A stretch of 63,448 nucleotides of DNA, filler included, from Bonamia ostreae (Eukaryota): assembly GCA_040357525.1 (NCBI GenBank). It is 5 parts of 5 records of this genome, joined end to end, with 100 filler letters (N's around TTAATTAATTAA, not from the genome) between each part and the next. Parts side by side here need not be neighbours in the genome. Positions count along the whole stretch, not along the records: positions 51,245 to 63,448 come from JBDODL010000017.1; 4 more parts are not named here. One strand, written 5' to 3'. The notes under the pieces are model-generated. The model searched no databases. It was not told the origin of the DNA and was given only the letters and a program-made list of their open reading frames with translations. A program made the translations under genes and the position numbers. Below, piece after piece: positions 51,975 through 63,448 of this stretch. Position 1 is the first letter of the stretch, and each line of letters starts with the position of its first letter.

Positions 51975-54106
51975 TTATAACATGTATCTCAGCACCCCCT
52001 TCTCCGCCGATATGAACTCTCTCTCAAGTAAATACCGAACTCTGGACTCCAGGTGGCTCTGCTGAACGGCAAATTCCGTCGGCCCGAAACGCTCCAACAG
52101 ATCGGACTGCTTGATCTCCCCGCGATCCTTCAGAAGAGATATTATTCTCGAGTCGATCTACGATTGAGCAAATAACGATGTTGTCTTTCTCCAGTCCCGT
52201 CCGGAGCTTGCCCAGAACTGCCTTCTTGTTGGGCTTGACGCCGATCGTTCTGGGCACGGACAAACTTTTCTCGTCTTCGAGCGCCGAGTTGAACCTGAAG
52301 ACGTCATCGCTTTTCACCGAACCGCCTCCGGGTATTTTGGCGAGAATGCTCTCCTTCTTCCCTTCCGAGCTCTGGCAGAGCGATGCCAATCCGCGCTTCA
52401 AGTTCTCGTCGTCTGCAATTGAACAATCAAACCGACGCGGAGGGTCTCTTTGATCGAAGAGTAGCTGATTTGCTCGTACTCGTTGAAGAGGCACAGAACG
52501 CACGCTTGGGTCGCGTCCACCGCCAACTCGACTTTGCCCTTCTTCAGCGCCACCTTCAACCTGCACCGGTCGTTGCCCGGGCTCCACGCGACCACCTTGT
52601 TTTCCAGCTTCGCGCTCTTCTCGGAGCACATCGCCCGCTTAAATTTTGCTGAAAACTATCTGCTCCGCCAGCTGCGGCAGAACGCTCCCGACGTCGACCG
52701 CGGCGTCCGAGCAGGCGGGCCATATTTTCCGCCCGAAAACTTTGAGGCGCAGAAAGCTTTTCACGCCGAAGACCTGCTGCGAGGGTTTGCAGAAGAACTC
52801 GTCGAGCATGTCGTTCAAGCGCGCGACGTAGTTGGCGCCGCACTCCGCTTTGAGGACCCCGAGGACCCGCCTTTCCACCTCGCTGGCGCGCGGGCTTTCG
52901 GCGGGCGCACCCATCAGCCGGAAGGCGAGGCTCGCGCTGTACGCGAACTCGAACTCGCTTTTGTGGCTGAGCAGGCGGAACAGTGGGACCATCTCTCCGA
53001 TCGTCTGCGCGGCGTCCTCCCGGGCGATGCTTTCTTCGACGAACTGCGACTTACTGACCTAACCTTTATCAGAAAGCCCACGCACTTGTCGACGTTCCGG
53101 TCAATGGCGGCTTTCATGGACTGCTTTATCCCCGCTTCCAGCGTTCTGTCGCGCCTGGTGCGCTTCAATATCCGCGTCGCCAGTTTCTGTCTTTACTCAA
53201 ATTACCTCCAGGGCCAAGAGCGCGTCGATGGAGTCGGACGCGCTGAACAGGAGAGCCGCGCGTTCCTGACGTTGGACAATGAAACCAGGACAAACTCGGA
53301 AACTCTCTTGACGAACGCCTCTTTGGACGAGTTCTCGTAGCAGAGCTTGAAGAGCCTTTCGACCGCCTTCAGATCGCCCGCTTCGATCAGAGCCACGAGG
53401 TGCTTGTTGACGGCGCTTTCCAGCGTGAGTTTCCTTTGCCCCAGCAAGGCCGCGCTGTTGTTCTCGCCCACGAGAAACTGAATCTTTGTCTTGGCGTGTG
53501 TTCAAAACGTAAACGTCGATGCTCTCTTCGGCGGAATCTATCGCGGCCGCGGCCTTCGCTTTCTTCCGGCTGTCGTGGGCCTTCGGCGTTCTGCCGTGGT
53601 CCGTGATTGCCTCTACCGCGACTTGGCAGATTGTGCTCGTGTCGATCCCGAGCAAGTTGCAATGACCGATGCACTTTTCCAGTTTCCTAAAGTTCGCTCG
53701 GTTGCAGTCGAATAGCAGACTTTTTTGGTTTTCAGAACCTTTTGAAGTGGATTCGAAGTTCTCGTTTCAGCTCCGCGGCGAAGGAGTCGCAATTTCTGGC
53801 CAGTTTCCCCGTTTCGTTGAATCCCTTTTCCACAATGTTTCCAGGGGAAAAGAAAAAGTTGCCGGCAGGCGCTTCCCTGTGCTCTGCGAACAATTGCTCG
53901 GCCTCTTTTAGCGATTGTTCGTACTCGGAGAAGAGTTTGAAAACGTTTTTCTGAAATGCAAACAAAACTTTTTCGGCGAAAGGCCCTTTGTAGAAATAGA
54001 TGTTGCTAATAAAATTTTCTATTTGCGTTGCGTTGAAGTTGTGAGCGTACTTTAGGTGCTCGAGTATCTTCTATTGTTGTGGATGAACCTTTTTCTTCTC
54101 GGTCAT
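51975..54106 (-). CDS. Divergent cullin-family protein, multi-exon
   Basis: YSASLAFRL...LKAECGANYVARLNDM; spliced C-terminus IDSRIISLLKDR...YLLEREFI resembles the neddylation winged helix; start is approximate. Confidence 0.75.
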
Positions 54107-55084
54107 GTTTTTGCTATTGGCAAATTTTTCTGTTATGTCCGCCATTCCTTTTTTATCGACTGCGAACGGCTCATGCTCCATTTTGGACAGTTCATGAATT
54201 TTGATCCGAATAGGATTTTTGTAATTCACAAACACCATTTTTAAAGCTTACGGGAAATAATTATATAAGATTTATTTAATTTCGAATCTCATTATATATG
54301 CAAATTTAAATTTCCTAAAACATTCTGGTAACAAGAGTTACTACTTTATGACCAAACTCTTAGATATTCATTCAATGTGATGCTTCCGCGAAAGTGTCAC
54401 AGATGCGGAACTTATATTATACTAAAAGACAAACTCTGTTCACCTCATATTTTTTTGGTTATTCACCTTTCGCCGCTCCATGTATTGTTTCAAGACATAA
54501 GGAATTTCTTCCTCAAGTTTGACTTTCCTCATTGAAGAAGGGACGTTTCTTTTCTTTAAAGACTCGGAGAAGCCTAGAAGCGTTCTAGAAAAGTAACCAG
54601 AAAATAATAGAAGTAGAAAAAGAAGAATTGATAAAATAATGAATATTCATTAGAAATGTTACTCGAATAAACGAGATTTAGACTATATTAATTTTAATAA
54701 GATCATGATCATCGCGAGAAGCAATGATTGTTATGGATCAGAAAACTTGAATCACTCCTGAAAAAGAAAAGTTTGTATTATTTAAAGGTTGCGAAAGTCT
54801 CATTACAAACAAACAAATAGAGAATTGAATTAAAATGGTTTTATATTTCAATTTAAAAATATGAGTTGGTCAGCAATAAAGGAATTCTGAGAGCAAACAT
54901 CTTTTTTTTATTTTCGCCTCTTTGATGAAAGGGAACTCCTAAGAATTCATAGCAGGAACTCTTATGCTTCTACTGGTGTCTGATCTTAGCGCATATCGGA
55001 CTCAGTATCGAAGTGCAATGATACACCGATTGTTTTGATAATAATAGAAATTACAATTTGTTGAAATAAATTTAATTCGTTGCA

Positions 55085-58000
55085 TTAAACATTGGTTGAG
55101 CTCAAATGAGTTCGTGTGCTTTCGGTACTACCCTTGATGTAGATAAGACCAAGCGACTCGTTGCGGTTTAATTCCGACATACTCTCTTCTGAAACGTTCG
55201 CGATATCCTCTAAAGTTTGTCTAAATGGACTCCCTTTCGAATCCAAAATCAGCGCTACCGATTTAGAAAATCGCACCCGCATTCTGTTGACAGTGACAGA
55301 GTTTATTCTTTGCAACGACTTTGTTTGTATCGACTGGATGAGAGCGGGTGCGATGTAAACTTTTCCGACGACATCTCTTGCTAAAATTGGCAACAAAACC
55401 TTTCCCTTTCAAAAGCAGCACCTTGGAACCAACCAACTCATCGGTATCCGACTCAAATTTCCTAAAAGTAGACGACAAGCAGATCTCTCCCAACTTAACA
55501 TGGTCAGACTCAAGCTCCAACCTTGTTGTGAAAAGCATCCGCATCATCATGAAGGCTGCACACTTCCATGCTATCTCCTCTGTAGTTCTTTCGCGCAGAA
55601 TGGAATGTATTACAGTTTTTGGTACCTTGAGCACACTTGTTGTCGTCTGGGCCTTGAATCATTAACACAATGCAACTCTGCAAGTGGATATAGACGTGCT
55701 CTCTGCGAGGGAAGCCCACAAGTTGATGAGACTCCCTGGTCCGTAAATTCGCTCATAGTGGTCACTCGTGTTGATTTTGACAAGCCCTCGCACAATCTTA
55801 AACATTTAAATATTTACCAGAAAAAAGCTATTTTTGTTCTTTCCTTCAGTGTAAAGAGTTTCTTCTTCCGAAAAAACTTTGTACCTTAGTTTTGCAAACA
55901 GAATGTGTTTGGTTTGCTCATCAAAAACACTGATAAATGGCAAGTTTGAGAACAGAAGAAAAGTGTTTATCTTTGCGGGGATTTTGTAGCAGCTCCCCAC
56001 TTTGTGGATAAATGTGTTGACACGGTCTGTCATTTCCTCGCATTCGGAAGTCTGGATGATCCCGTCTTTGCGCAGACGGTTGATGTTTTTAATGTCGCTG
56101 TTAAGCACAAAGACACTCGCTTTTTGGGATTGGATTGATTGATAAATCTCCGGGAACGTTTTCTGTGAAATTAGACAGATTAAACTTGTATTCTGTGTAT
56201 TTCCAATTCTGCCAATTTTTCCGCTGCCTTTATCTCGGCAAAAACCTTGTCGGTCAAATTGGATTTCCATTCTGGGAACTTTTTGACGATGATTCCCGTT
56301 CTTCGATTGCATCAACAAAACCTGTCGGCTGCAAAAATAAATGCGGTTGAGAGTTGAACAGTCTCCAGTATTATCCCGAAGATGCTTTTGTGCGAGAAAT
56401 TTTTGAAGAAACGTTTTGAGTGCAGAAATTGGTACCATCGAGGGTACTTAAAGTGTTTCTTTATGCACGTCCACTGTGATTGTTGTAATCTGAAACCTGC
56501 TCTTTGATATCGTTGCAGTCAATGGATGCCTCTGCTGCGTCGTTCAGAATGTTGTAGGTGTGCGAATTTATGAGCCCGTCCTGGTGCTTTAGTGTTGTGT
56601 AACTTCAACCTGTTTCCAATAGAAACTTTTCATGGAGCAGATGAATCTGTAGCGGATATTGGATTCGACAGAGTGCTCGTTCTGCCCGCCGATTCCGTAA
56701 TTTTCCGTCTTCAGTAATCGCGAGTAATCGGGGATACTGTTCCTGAGCTCTAACCAGTTCGCACCACTATTTTAATTCGAATAAACGTGAAGTGGTTGTT
56801 TTGGCTCAAAACATTGACCAGATGATCCGATTTTTTAGCCAAATGTTCCAACGAAGATTTTATTAGAAAGTCAGACTGGTATAGTGACGACTTTATCTTC
56901 AAAAGTTTGAGTACATACTGAATAGTACTGCCGTTGATGACCTGGATTGTAGTGAGAAAAAAAACCAGTGTCAGGACGACAATTCCGCAGATGTGAAAGA
57001 CCATTTTTTCGCGAATGCTTTTGTCTATTCCGTTCAAGTACTCCACTTCAAGCGAGAGAGCAAGTCCTATCGCTCCTCGAACCGAGCCGTACCAGAGCAC
57101 ACACGCCGTTTTCCAATCGTAGTCAGCGCCCAAAAAACGCAAAACGGGGTGCAGAACAAGTAGCTTTGGTTAAAATCAAAACTGTGATGGCTCGCGTGAT
57201 TTGGATCCAGACATATATCGCCAGAAGATATCCGAACTCAAGCCACGACACGTTGCTTGCGTTGATCGTCTTGTAGGAGACGATGATCCCCGAGATCAGA
57301 AAAATGAGGCACTTCGAGAAAAACTCGAGCAGCTCCCAGAAGTGGTTCAAGTTTGCAAGGCCCTTTAATTATAACCCAAACTCTGGTTGAAAAGCGCGCC
57401 TTGTTGCGAGCTATCACCAAGCCCATAGCCACGGTAGCGAGCACTCCAGAAGATTTGAGCAAATCTGCGACTATGAAGTCGAGATTGATGCCGATGAACG
57501 TGGCCGAAGTTTCGAGCAATTCGTCGTTCAAAACGGTCGTTATGTAGAGGCTGGTTATGAATCCGAAGATGGCGCCGATCAAGGAACCAGAAAGTAGCAC
57601 CAAGCAACGGAATATGTAAAACGACGCCGTCTTTGATTTTTGGGAGTCGATTATCATCAATGTCAAGACGTCGAAAAGAATTATCGCGGAAGCGTCGTTG
57701 AACAGCGATTCCGTTTCAACAACGGTTGACAGATTTTGAGAAGCCTTTATCTCGCGAAGTAACGTCACGACCGCGACGGGATCAGTTGCGGAAACGATGG
57801 ACCCGAAAAGCAGCGAGATCTTTATGTTCCAGCGACTCAAAGTCATTCTAAAAACTATGGAAGGATGTAGCTGCAGATGATGGAAGTGAGAAGAGTATTG
57901 ATGAGGACGCCTTAAGTGTGGATACGGCAAACCTGGGATTGCCAAGACGAGTGCGTGCCATTTCACGCGCATCAGAGTGTGATGATTGGTGGAGAAGACG

Positions 58001-58297
58001 CTGTAGAAAATCAGATTCGGGAGAAAAATTTGCATGAAAATCATCGGGTTCAAAGTTCTTTTGGTGAGTACGCATTAAAAACTCGATTATGTCGATAAAA
58101 GGCACTTTTCTCTTTAAGGCGATGTCTATTCCGCCAATTGAGACGCCGACGAGAAGAAGGATGACTAAGTTAGCAAAACTTAAACCAGAGAAAGGAATTT
58201 TGTTGTGAAATTTTTTGTTCAGGTGATAAACTATCACGCCAATCAACATTCCTATGAACGCCACGAAAAGCCATGACGAATCTGATGACAAGGACAT
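55085..58297 (-). CDS. SOS1/SLC9C-type CPA1 Na+/H+ antiporter with cyclic-nucleotide-binding-like C-terminal domain
   Basis: IFLPNLIF, FGSIVSATDPVAVV, ESLFNDA, SGVLATV, FWELL, GSVRGAIGLALSL; tail LFSNLPF...LYTEG...FFLV. Confidence 0.85.
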
Positions 58298-58479
58298 TAA
58301 TGTTTACGGTAAATTTTGGGAAAAACAGTTTTAAAAATTCCTAAATTGTCCCTATAAACACAGGTTTGGAATTAGAATCAAATTCCTAAATCGTTACTTT
58401 CAAGTTTGCGAGATTATTTTAATTGTTTTAGCATCTACCAACTTTTGGAATACTCAAATTTAATTATTTCAAAATGCTC

Positions 58480-59215
58480 AAATTATGTAGCTGGCACAAT
58501 ATAAACTTTTAAACTAGGAAAATAATACATTTTTAATCAACGCTGCATGTGGAGATTATTATGTTCAACAATCCTTTTGGCATATTCTATTCCTTTGAAA
58601 ATTTTGTTGATTAGCATTGAATCAGAGTTCCAGTAACTCTCTTTTGAACATTTCGAATTTTTTGATTTATTTTGCGAATTTAATGTTTGCATCTTATCCT
58701 TTTTTGGAAGCGTTTTTAAGTCAGAAGAGACGATGTTGTTGAATTTTTTTAAATTTTGATGATGCAACTTAGGTCATCGATGTACTCATTTACGATGTGT
58801 CATGTATCGCATCTATGAGAGCAAGAAGTGCTCCAGACGTCTAATACGATCTAGTTGATATTCTGGAGCGAATTGGCAGGCAAAGATCCATAATCAAGAA
58901 TCAATCTAACATGAGATTTGTACAAATGTAGTTTGCTTTTTGAGCGATGCCGCATGTTTTGCTTCACAGGTGCCCGTATATCTGACTATCTTGTGCACCC
59001 TCTATCAACTAGTTCTTTGTTTTATCATCTATCTTGCTCCAAAACGTTTCCTTCGCCTTTGTTCCAGCCGCTTTTTTTAAGTTTTTGTAGTCGCCGTAAG
59101 ACGATCACGGCTATTTTGTTGCCAGATTTTTTAGTCTTCTTTGTGCTTTGCGCAGTTTTATGCTTACTTCTCTTACTTCGTTATTCCGCCAAATTGAAGT
59201 TCCTGCTTTTGGAAT
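58480..59215 (-). mobile_element. Possible decayed non-LTR retrotransposon fragment
   Basis: Stop-interrupted frame SIWRNNEVREVSIKLRKAQRRLKN...YKNLKKA...KAKETFW resembles the LINE endonuclease-RT linker. Confidence 0.3.
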
Positions 59216-59292
59216 ACATAAAAGAGAGTTTTATATCAGAAAATAGCAATTAAGCGACAGAGCAAATTCAATCAAGCTAACTGTTTACTCGT

Positions 59293-61050
59293 TCATTCGT
59301 CCATTCTATCTTCTTTGAAGACGGAAAGCGCGGTCGCGCTGGAATCTAGCAGTGTTTCCGTGCACCAGCTCGGCATCCACTTGTACGGAACGGATTCCTC
59401 CGCGAAGCCGTGCGAGTCGAAAATCTCGCGGTACCACATGTCCTCCTTTGTCTGCGGAGTCGAATGGGAGTACAGCGCCGCCCGAGCCTCGAACCTGGAG
59501 TGGGTCACATGTTTTTCTGCTTGGGACTTGAGATAGTCCTTCCACCCGTCCTTCTCGCTCGTCCCGTCGCTCATCGCGTGCTTGGTTCGCCACAACACCT
59601 TCTCGGGCAAGAACTCGCCTTTCGCGCCGGCGAAGGCGTCTCTCAGTATTTTCTTCTCGACCCGCTGGTTCGAAAGCGGGTCTATGTATTCGGGCGGGAG
59701 CGCCAACACGAACTCGAGAAGCGAGCGGCTGAAAAACGGCAATCTGAGCTCGCAGCCGATGCTGCTCACCATCCGGTCTGCGCGCAGCCCGTCAAAGTAG
59801 GAAATGTCGCGCAGACGGTCGATCGCTTTAGTTAGGATTTTCAAACCATCGATCCTCCCAGAGAAGGGGTCGGGAGACAGCAGGTTGTACAGATACCCTC
59901 TCAGAAGCTCGTCGGCTATCTCGCCACTATAGACCACCGCGATTTCAGGGTGCTCCTTCTTCATCTTCTTCAGTCCCAGAAGCATTGCGGTGGAAGCTCT
60001 GGTCGTGGTCTGGTCCCAGCTCTCGTTAAAATAAATCGCCTCCTCGACGAGTCGGCCGCCCTTTTCGAAGTTGAAAATGTACGTCTCGTGGATGGAATCC
60101 AGGTACTCGGCGACTTCTTCTGCGGCAATCACGTCGGTGGCGCGCCGGGAGAAGCCGAAAGTGAAGGTCCGGATTCTTCTCGGCGCTAAAAGTTTCGACG
60201 CGATGGCGCAGACGAGACTTGAGTCGAGCCCCCCGGAAAGCAGAAAAGCGAATGATCTCTCTGGATTGAGCTTTCTCTTTAAGTTGTCGACCAACAGGTT
60301 TCTAAGTTGCTGGACGGCTTCGGAATAAGAGATCTCTTTGAAATCAGTACGCCTTTTCTCGGATTCGAAGTCAAAATGTTGCGAGATCTTTGCGCTTTCC
60401 AAGGCCTCCTTGTTCCCCAAAGCCACGGACCTGCTTCCCATCGATCCGGCTGGAACAGGACTAATCGTTGGCAAGAAGGACAATGGCTTTTGCTCCGAAG
60501 ACAAATAAAAGCCGCCATCTTCGTCGATCCCGTAGAAAATGGGGCGGACGCGCAGTTCGTCCACTGCGAAGACTACTCTTTGTTTTTCCGAGTCGTAGAT
60601 GATTATCGCGTACTCTCCGTCAACTCTTTTGCACACTCTCCTCATGGTCTCAACGTAAATCTCTTCTTCGGGTCTGCTCCTGTTCTCTTCGCGGATTTTA
60701 GACAAGAAGTAGATGAACAAGTTGAGGACGACTTCGCAGTCGCTATCAGATTTGCATTCGTAATTGCTCATCTTCTTCTTCAGAAATTGGGCGATTTCTC
60801 TAAAGTTGTAAATTTCGCCGTTGACGAGAGAGCAGAAGCGACCGTCGCTGGAGACGAAAGGCTGCATTCCGGCCGGAGTGGGGTCGACGACTTGGAGTCT
60901 GTGGAATCCGGTCATCACGTTGGAGTTGAAGTACTGGACTCGAGAGCAATCTGGCCCGCGGTGCTGCAGCTTTCTAAAGCGCTCGCACAGTTCTTTTTTA
61001 GCTTTGCCTCTTATTTTAAGCGCTCCGCCGTAGAAAAAAATTCCACACAT
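59293..61050 (-). CDS. ASNS: Asparagine synthetase (glutamine-hydrolysing)
   Basis: MCGIF start at 61050, HRGPD, GFHRL, NGEIYNF, LLSGGLDSSL, SGEIADE, RADR, WMPSW; probable in-frame 21-nt intron at 59826-59846. Confidence 0.95.
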   Translation of the reverse strand: MCGIFFYGGALKIRGKAKKELCERFRKLQHRGPDCSRVQYFNSNVMTGFHRLQVVDPTPAGMQPFVSSDGRFCSLVNGEIYNFREIAQFLKKKMSNYECKSDSDCEVVLNLFIYFLSKIREENRSRPEEEIYVETMRRVCKRVDGEYAIIIYDSEKQRVVFAVDELRVRPIFYGIDEDGGFYLSSEQKPLSFLPTISPVPAGSMGSRSVALGNKEALESAKISQHFDFESEKRRTDFKEISYSEAVQQLRNLLVDNLKRKLNPERSFAFLLSGGLDSSLVCAIASKLLAPRRIRTFTFGFSRRATDVIAAEEVAEYLDSIHETYIFNFEKGGRLVEEAIYFNESWDQTTTRASTAMLLGLKKMKKEHPEIAVVYSGEIADELLRGYLYNLLSPDPFSGRIDGLKILTKAIDRLRDISYFDGLRADRMVSSIGCELRLPFFSRSLLEFVLALPPEYIDPLSNQRVEKKILRDAFAGAKGEFLPEKVLWRTKHAMSDGTSEKDGWKDYLKSQAEKHVTHSRFEARAALYSHSTPQTKEDMWYREIFDSHGFAEESVPYKWMPSWCTETLLDSSATALSVFKEDRMDE

Positions 61051-61488
61051 TTGCAAATTATGATTATTACTTAACTTCTGTTTAATCTTAAACCTTTGAA
61101 AACCAACACTTGAAATGTGCAATGTGTTTTAGATTTTTTCTGATTCGCTGCAAATATGTTGGATCCAACGCTCTTTTTAGATTTATCATTCGTGCCCATA
61201 TCAACCACGAGAGCGTTTATGGAAAGCGCCCCTTCCTTTGACGTCCCTTCATTTATGGAAAATCCGAACAAAAATTATAAGAGAATGTACAATTTTAGGG
61301 ATCAAAAAATCACAAGATGTGTTATGGAAAAAGAAGGCTGCAGCTGAAAACATCAAAGAAAACAACAAAGAAGACAACAAAGAAGACAAATCGCGTCAAA
61401 ACTGAAACAGCTGAACCCGTTCCTGCGCTAAAACTTATAATCAATTGGAGAGAGGAACATAAACCCGAAAACGTTAAATTTATAAAAT

Positions 61489-62185
61489 CTATCCGCAGCA
61501 GCCGCTGTTTCCCATAAGAACCTTTTCGGTTTCCAACGAAAAGGCTTTTCTTTCGTTGACTTGTTTCATTTGAATAATGCGATTTTCCACGGCACTCGAC
61601 GAAAGTTCGTAGAACGCGTTTTGCACGTTGAAGTTATTTCTCGCGCTGGTTTCGATGTATGGAACTTTCATCAATTTGGCGAGTTGCTTATTAATCAATG
61701 TCCAAACTTTGCCTTCTTCTTCTGCAACGACGCGTTTTTCGGTCAAGTCGTTTTTGTTTCCCACTAAAAGCACTTTTGTGTTCTCGGAAGAGTGATTTTC
61801 TATTTGGCCAATCCATCTGTTTTTTACATTCTCAAAGCTTTTTCTGTTCGTCAAATCGAAGACGGTGAGGATGCAATCTGCGCCTCGATAGTACGAGGTG
61901 GTGATATTGTTGAACCGTTCTTGGCCGGCGGTGTCCTTCGGTGAAAAAGGGAAACCCAAATCTGCAGTTTCACGGTTTTGCCTTTGATTTGAATCGTTTT
62001 TATCTCAAGGTCTACGCCGATCGTAGTTATGTAATTATCGTCAAACTCTCCTTCCTAAAATTGATTTCGAAACGCTGTATCGCCTGACGAGACTAGACTT
62101 TCCGCAACTCGAATCGCCGATAACGACAAACTTGAGGGAAAGATCGCTAGGAATTAGGATAAAACTGCTTTTGTTCTCTACTCAT
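61489..62185 (-). CDS. Rab GTPase (Rab1/Rab8-like)
   Basis: [44 protein letters not shown]-terminal GCCG; four introns of 19, 19, 20 and 21 nt. Confidence 0.93.
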
Positions 62186-62588
62186 TTAATCAAGCTTTAA
62201 AATTAAAAATTTTGTAAGTTTCGTTTTAGGCCAAACAATAATGGTTTGCAATATATTTTCCTAGCTTGACAAATAGCAATGTCTAAATTTTATGCTTTCG
62301 AATCGTTAAAACAATTCGAAGGAATGCTTTTTATTAATTAAGAGTCGAAACAATTTTGATTAAATGACTTTTAATCAAAATAAAAGTTAGTAGAATGGAC
62401 CTCAATAAAAATATAAGAGACAACTAATAAATACAAAAAGTAAATGTCTCTTGTGAGCTTTAATCAGTTTGGAGATGATTTTAGTATTTTAGCAGAGTTA
62501 ATGACCCGCACAAAGCAGGTTGGCAGCCTGGTCAGTCATTTTGAACCGATATAAAAATTAAAAAATGGCGAATTCTATACGCCTTTTA

Positions 62589-63448
62589 TTACACATAGAA
62601 ACAGCCGATCAATCTTTTTCCGTTTGCTTCCGCATTGTTATCTTTGTACTCGTCGCCCAGACACAACACTTTTGACACATCCTCGCCGACTTCGATGCTG
62701 TTGTAGAACCATTTACTGTTTAGGCAAACCAGTTCGCGTGCTATGTTTTTGTCCGAGCAAACCGCATGAACTGTTTCGCCGTGTTCCGTAAACGGGGCAT
62801 TGATACTCAAATCCCCTGGAATCGCTTCATCGGTGCAACCCGTTTGGTCTTAAGTAAGACGAAAAAAACCTGTACAATTTATGTCATTAATATCGACTGG
62901 TTTGCCTTCGGGGTCGAGCAGGTGGCCACTTTTGCAGGTAAAGCTAATTCCAGCTTCTCTCGAAGCGGACACCCCGTTTATGGAAGGAAACAGATCCTTC
63001 TCCAAACAGCCAATGGTGACTTTCTCTCCATCTTCAAAAACGCCATAGGAAACTTCGCCAAACTTTTCCCCGACGAATATTTCTTCGTTGTCAACTTTGC
63101 ATTCGTGACGGGAATCGAAGTAGTTGAATTCAGTCACCTCGTGTTTGTCTGTGTTTTAAAATATATCAACCAACGCATTTTAGTTTATCCAAGTTGAAAA
63201 AGTGTTCGTGTTCCGAGACAAAATTTCCGTTATCGCATATTGCCAGAATGTATTTGTAATATTTAACACCCTTCTTGCTTTTGAAAGGATTGAATATGTT
63301 TTGTTTTGTGTTCGTGCACCGTATAAGAGCCCATGAGTTGTTTTGTGTTGGCAATAGGTCCGGATGAACTTTCCCGTTGAATTGGTCGAATTGAAAGACG
63401 CTGATGTTTTTGTTGTTCGCATGACAAGAATCTCCCAAGGGTTTCGAC
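62589..63448 (-). CDS. Cys-rich extracellular-type protein, 5' partial
   Basis: Three Cys-rich ORFs linked by short GTTT...AG introns; sushi-like Cys spacing. Confidence 0.55.

Noticed and set aside
52483-53340. 285-aa plus-strand ORF, and the 255-aa ORF at 60307-61074
   Set aside because: Antisense shadows of GC-rich cullin and ASNS exons, with no motifs of their own.
242-63448. Fragmented ORFs suggesting widespread pseudogenes, frameshifting or stop-codon reassignment
   Set aside because: In the genes traced by hand, breaks are explained by short GT-AG introns, and TAA, TAG and TGA all end conserved proteins.

Overview
AT-rich, gene-dense eukaryotic (protist) DNA made of five unrelated scaffolds of decreasing length (12969, 12905, 12543, 12427, 12204 bp) joined by artificial N44-TTAATTAATTAA-N44 spacers, so neighbourhoods across spacers are meaningless. 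Genes use the standard code. They are broken by many ultra-short (18-24 nt) GT-AG introns with a GTTT-biased donor, plus some longer introns filled with tandem repeats, which is why the ORF track is fragmented. Compact spacing, divergent proteins and expanded surface families suggest a reduced parasite, possibly ascetosporean/haplosporidian (Bonamia-like); this is inference only. Recognisable genes: RPC2, phage-type mitochondrial RNA polymerase, MAEA, STEEP1, REXO4, a Dicer-like RNase III, SRP19, TFIIIC-delta-like, ECD, thioredoxin, cyclin H, LicD, an ABCB transporter, riboflavin kinase, a cullin, an SOS1-type Na+/H+ antiporter, asparagine synthetase and a Rab. Top leads: (1) a small single-pass membrane protein, invisible in the ORF track until spliced, whose tail carries a Siglec/CD33-like ITIM (ELHYASLEF), an ITSM (TDYADI) and further tyrosine motifs, a candidate mimic of host inhibitory receptors; (2) a helicase-less Dicer apparently fused to a Yippee/RLR-CTD-type Zn domain, two RanBP2/NZF fingers and a Tudor-like barrel; (3) the miniature-intron system, including an intron that looks born by duplication; (4) two unrecognised paralogous protein families; (5) a structured element inside an intron.
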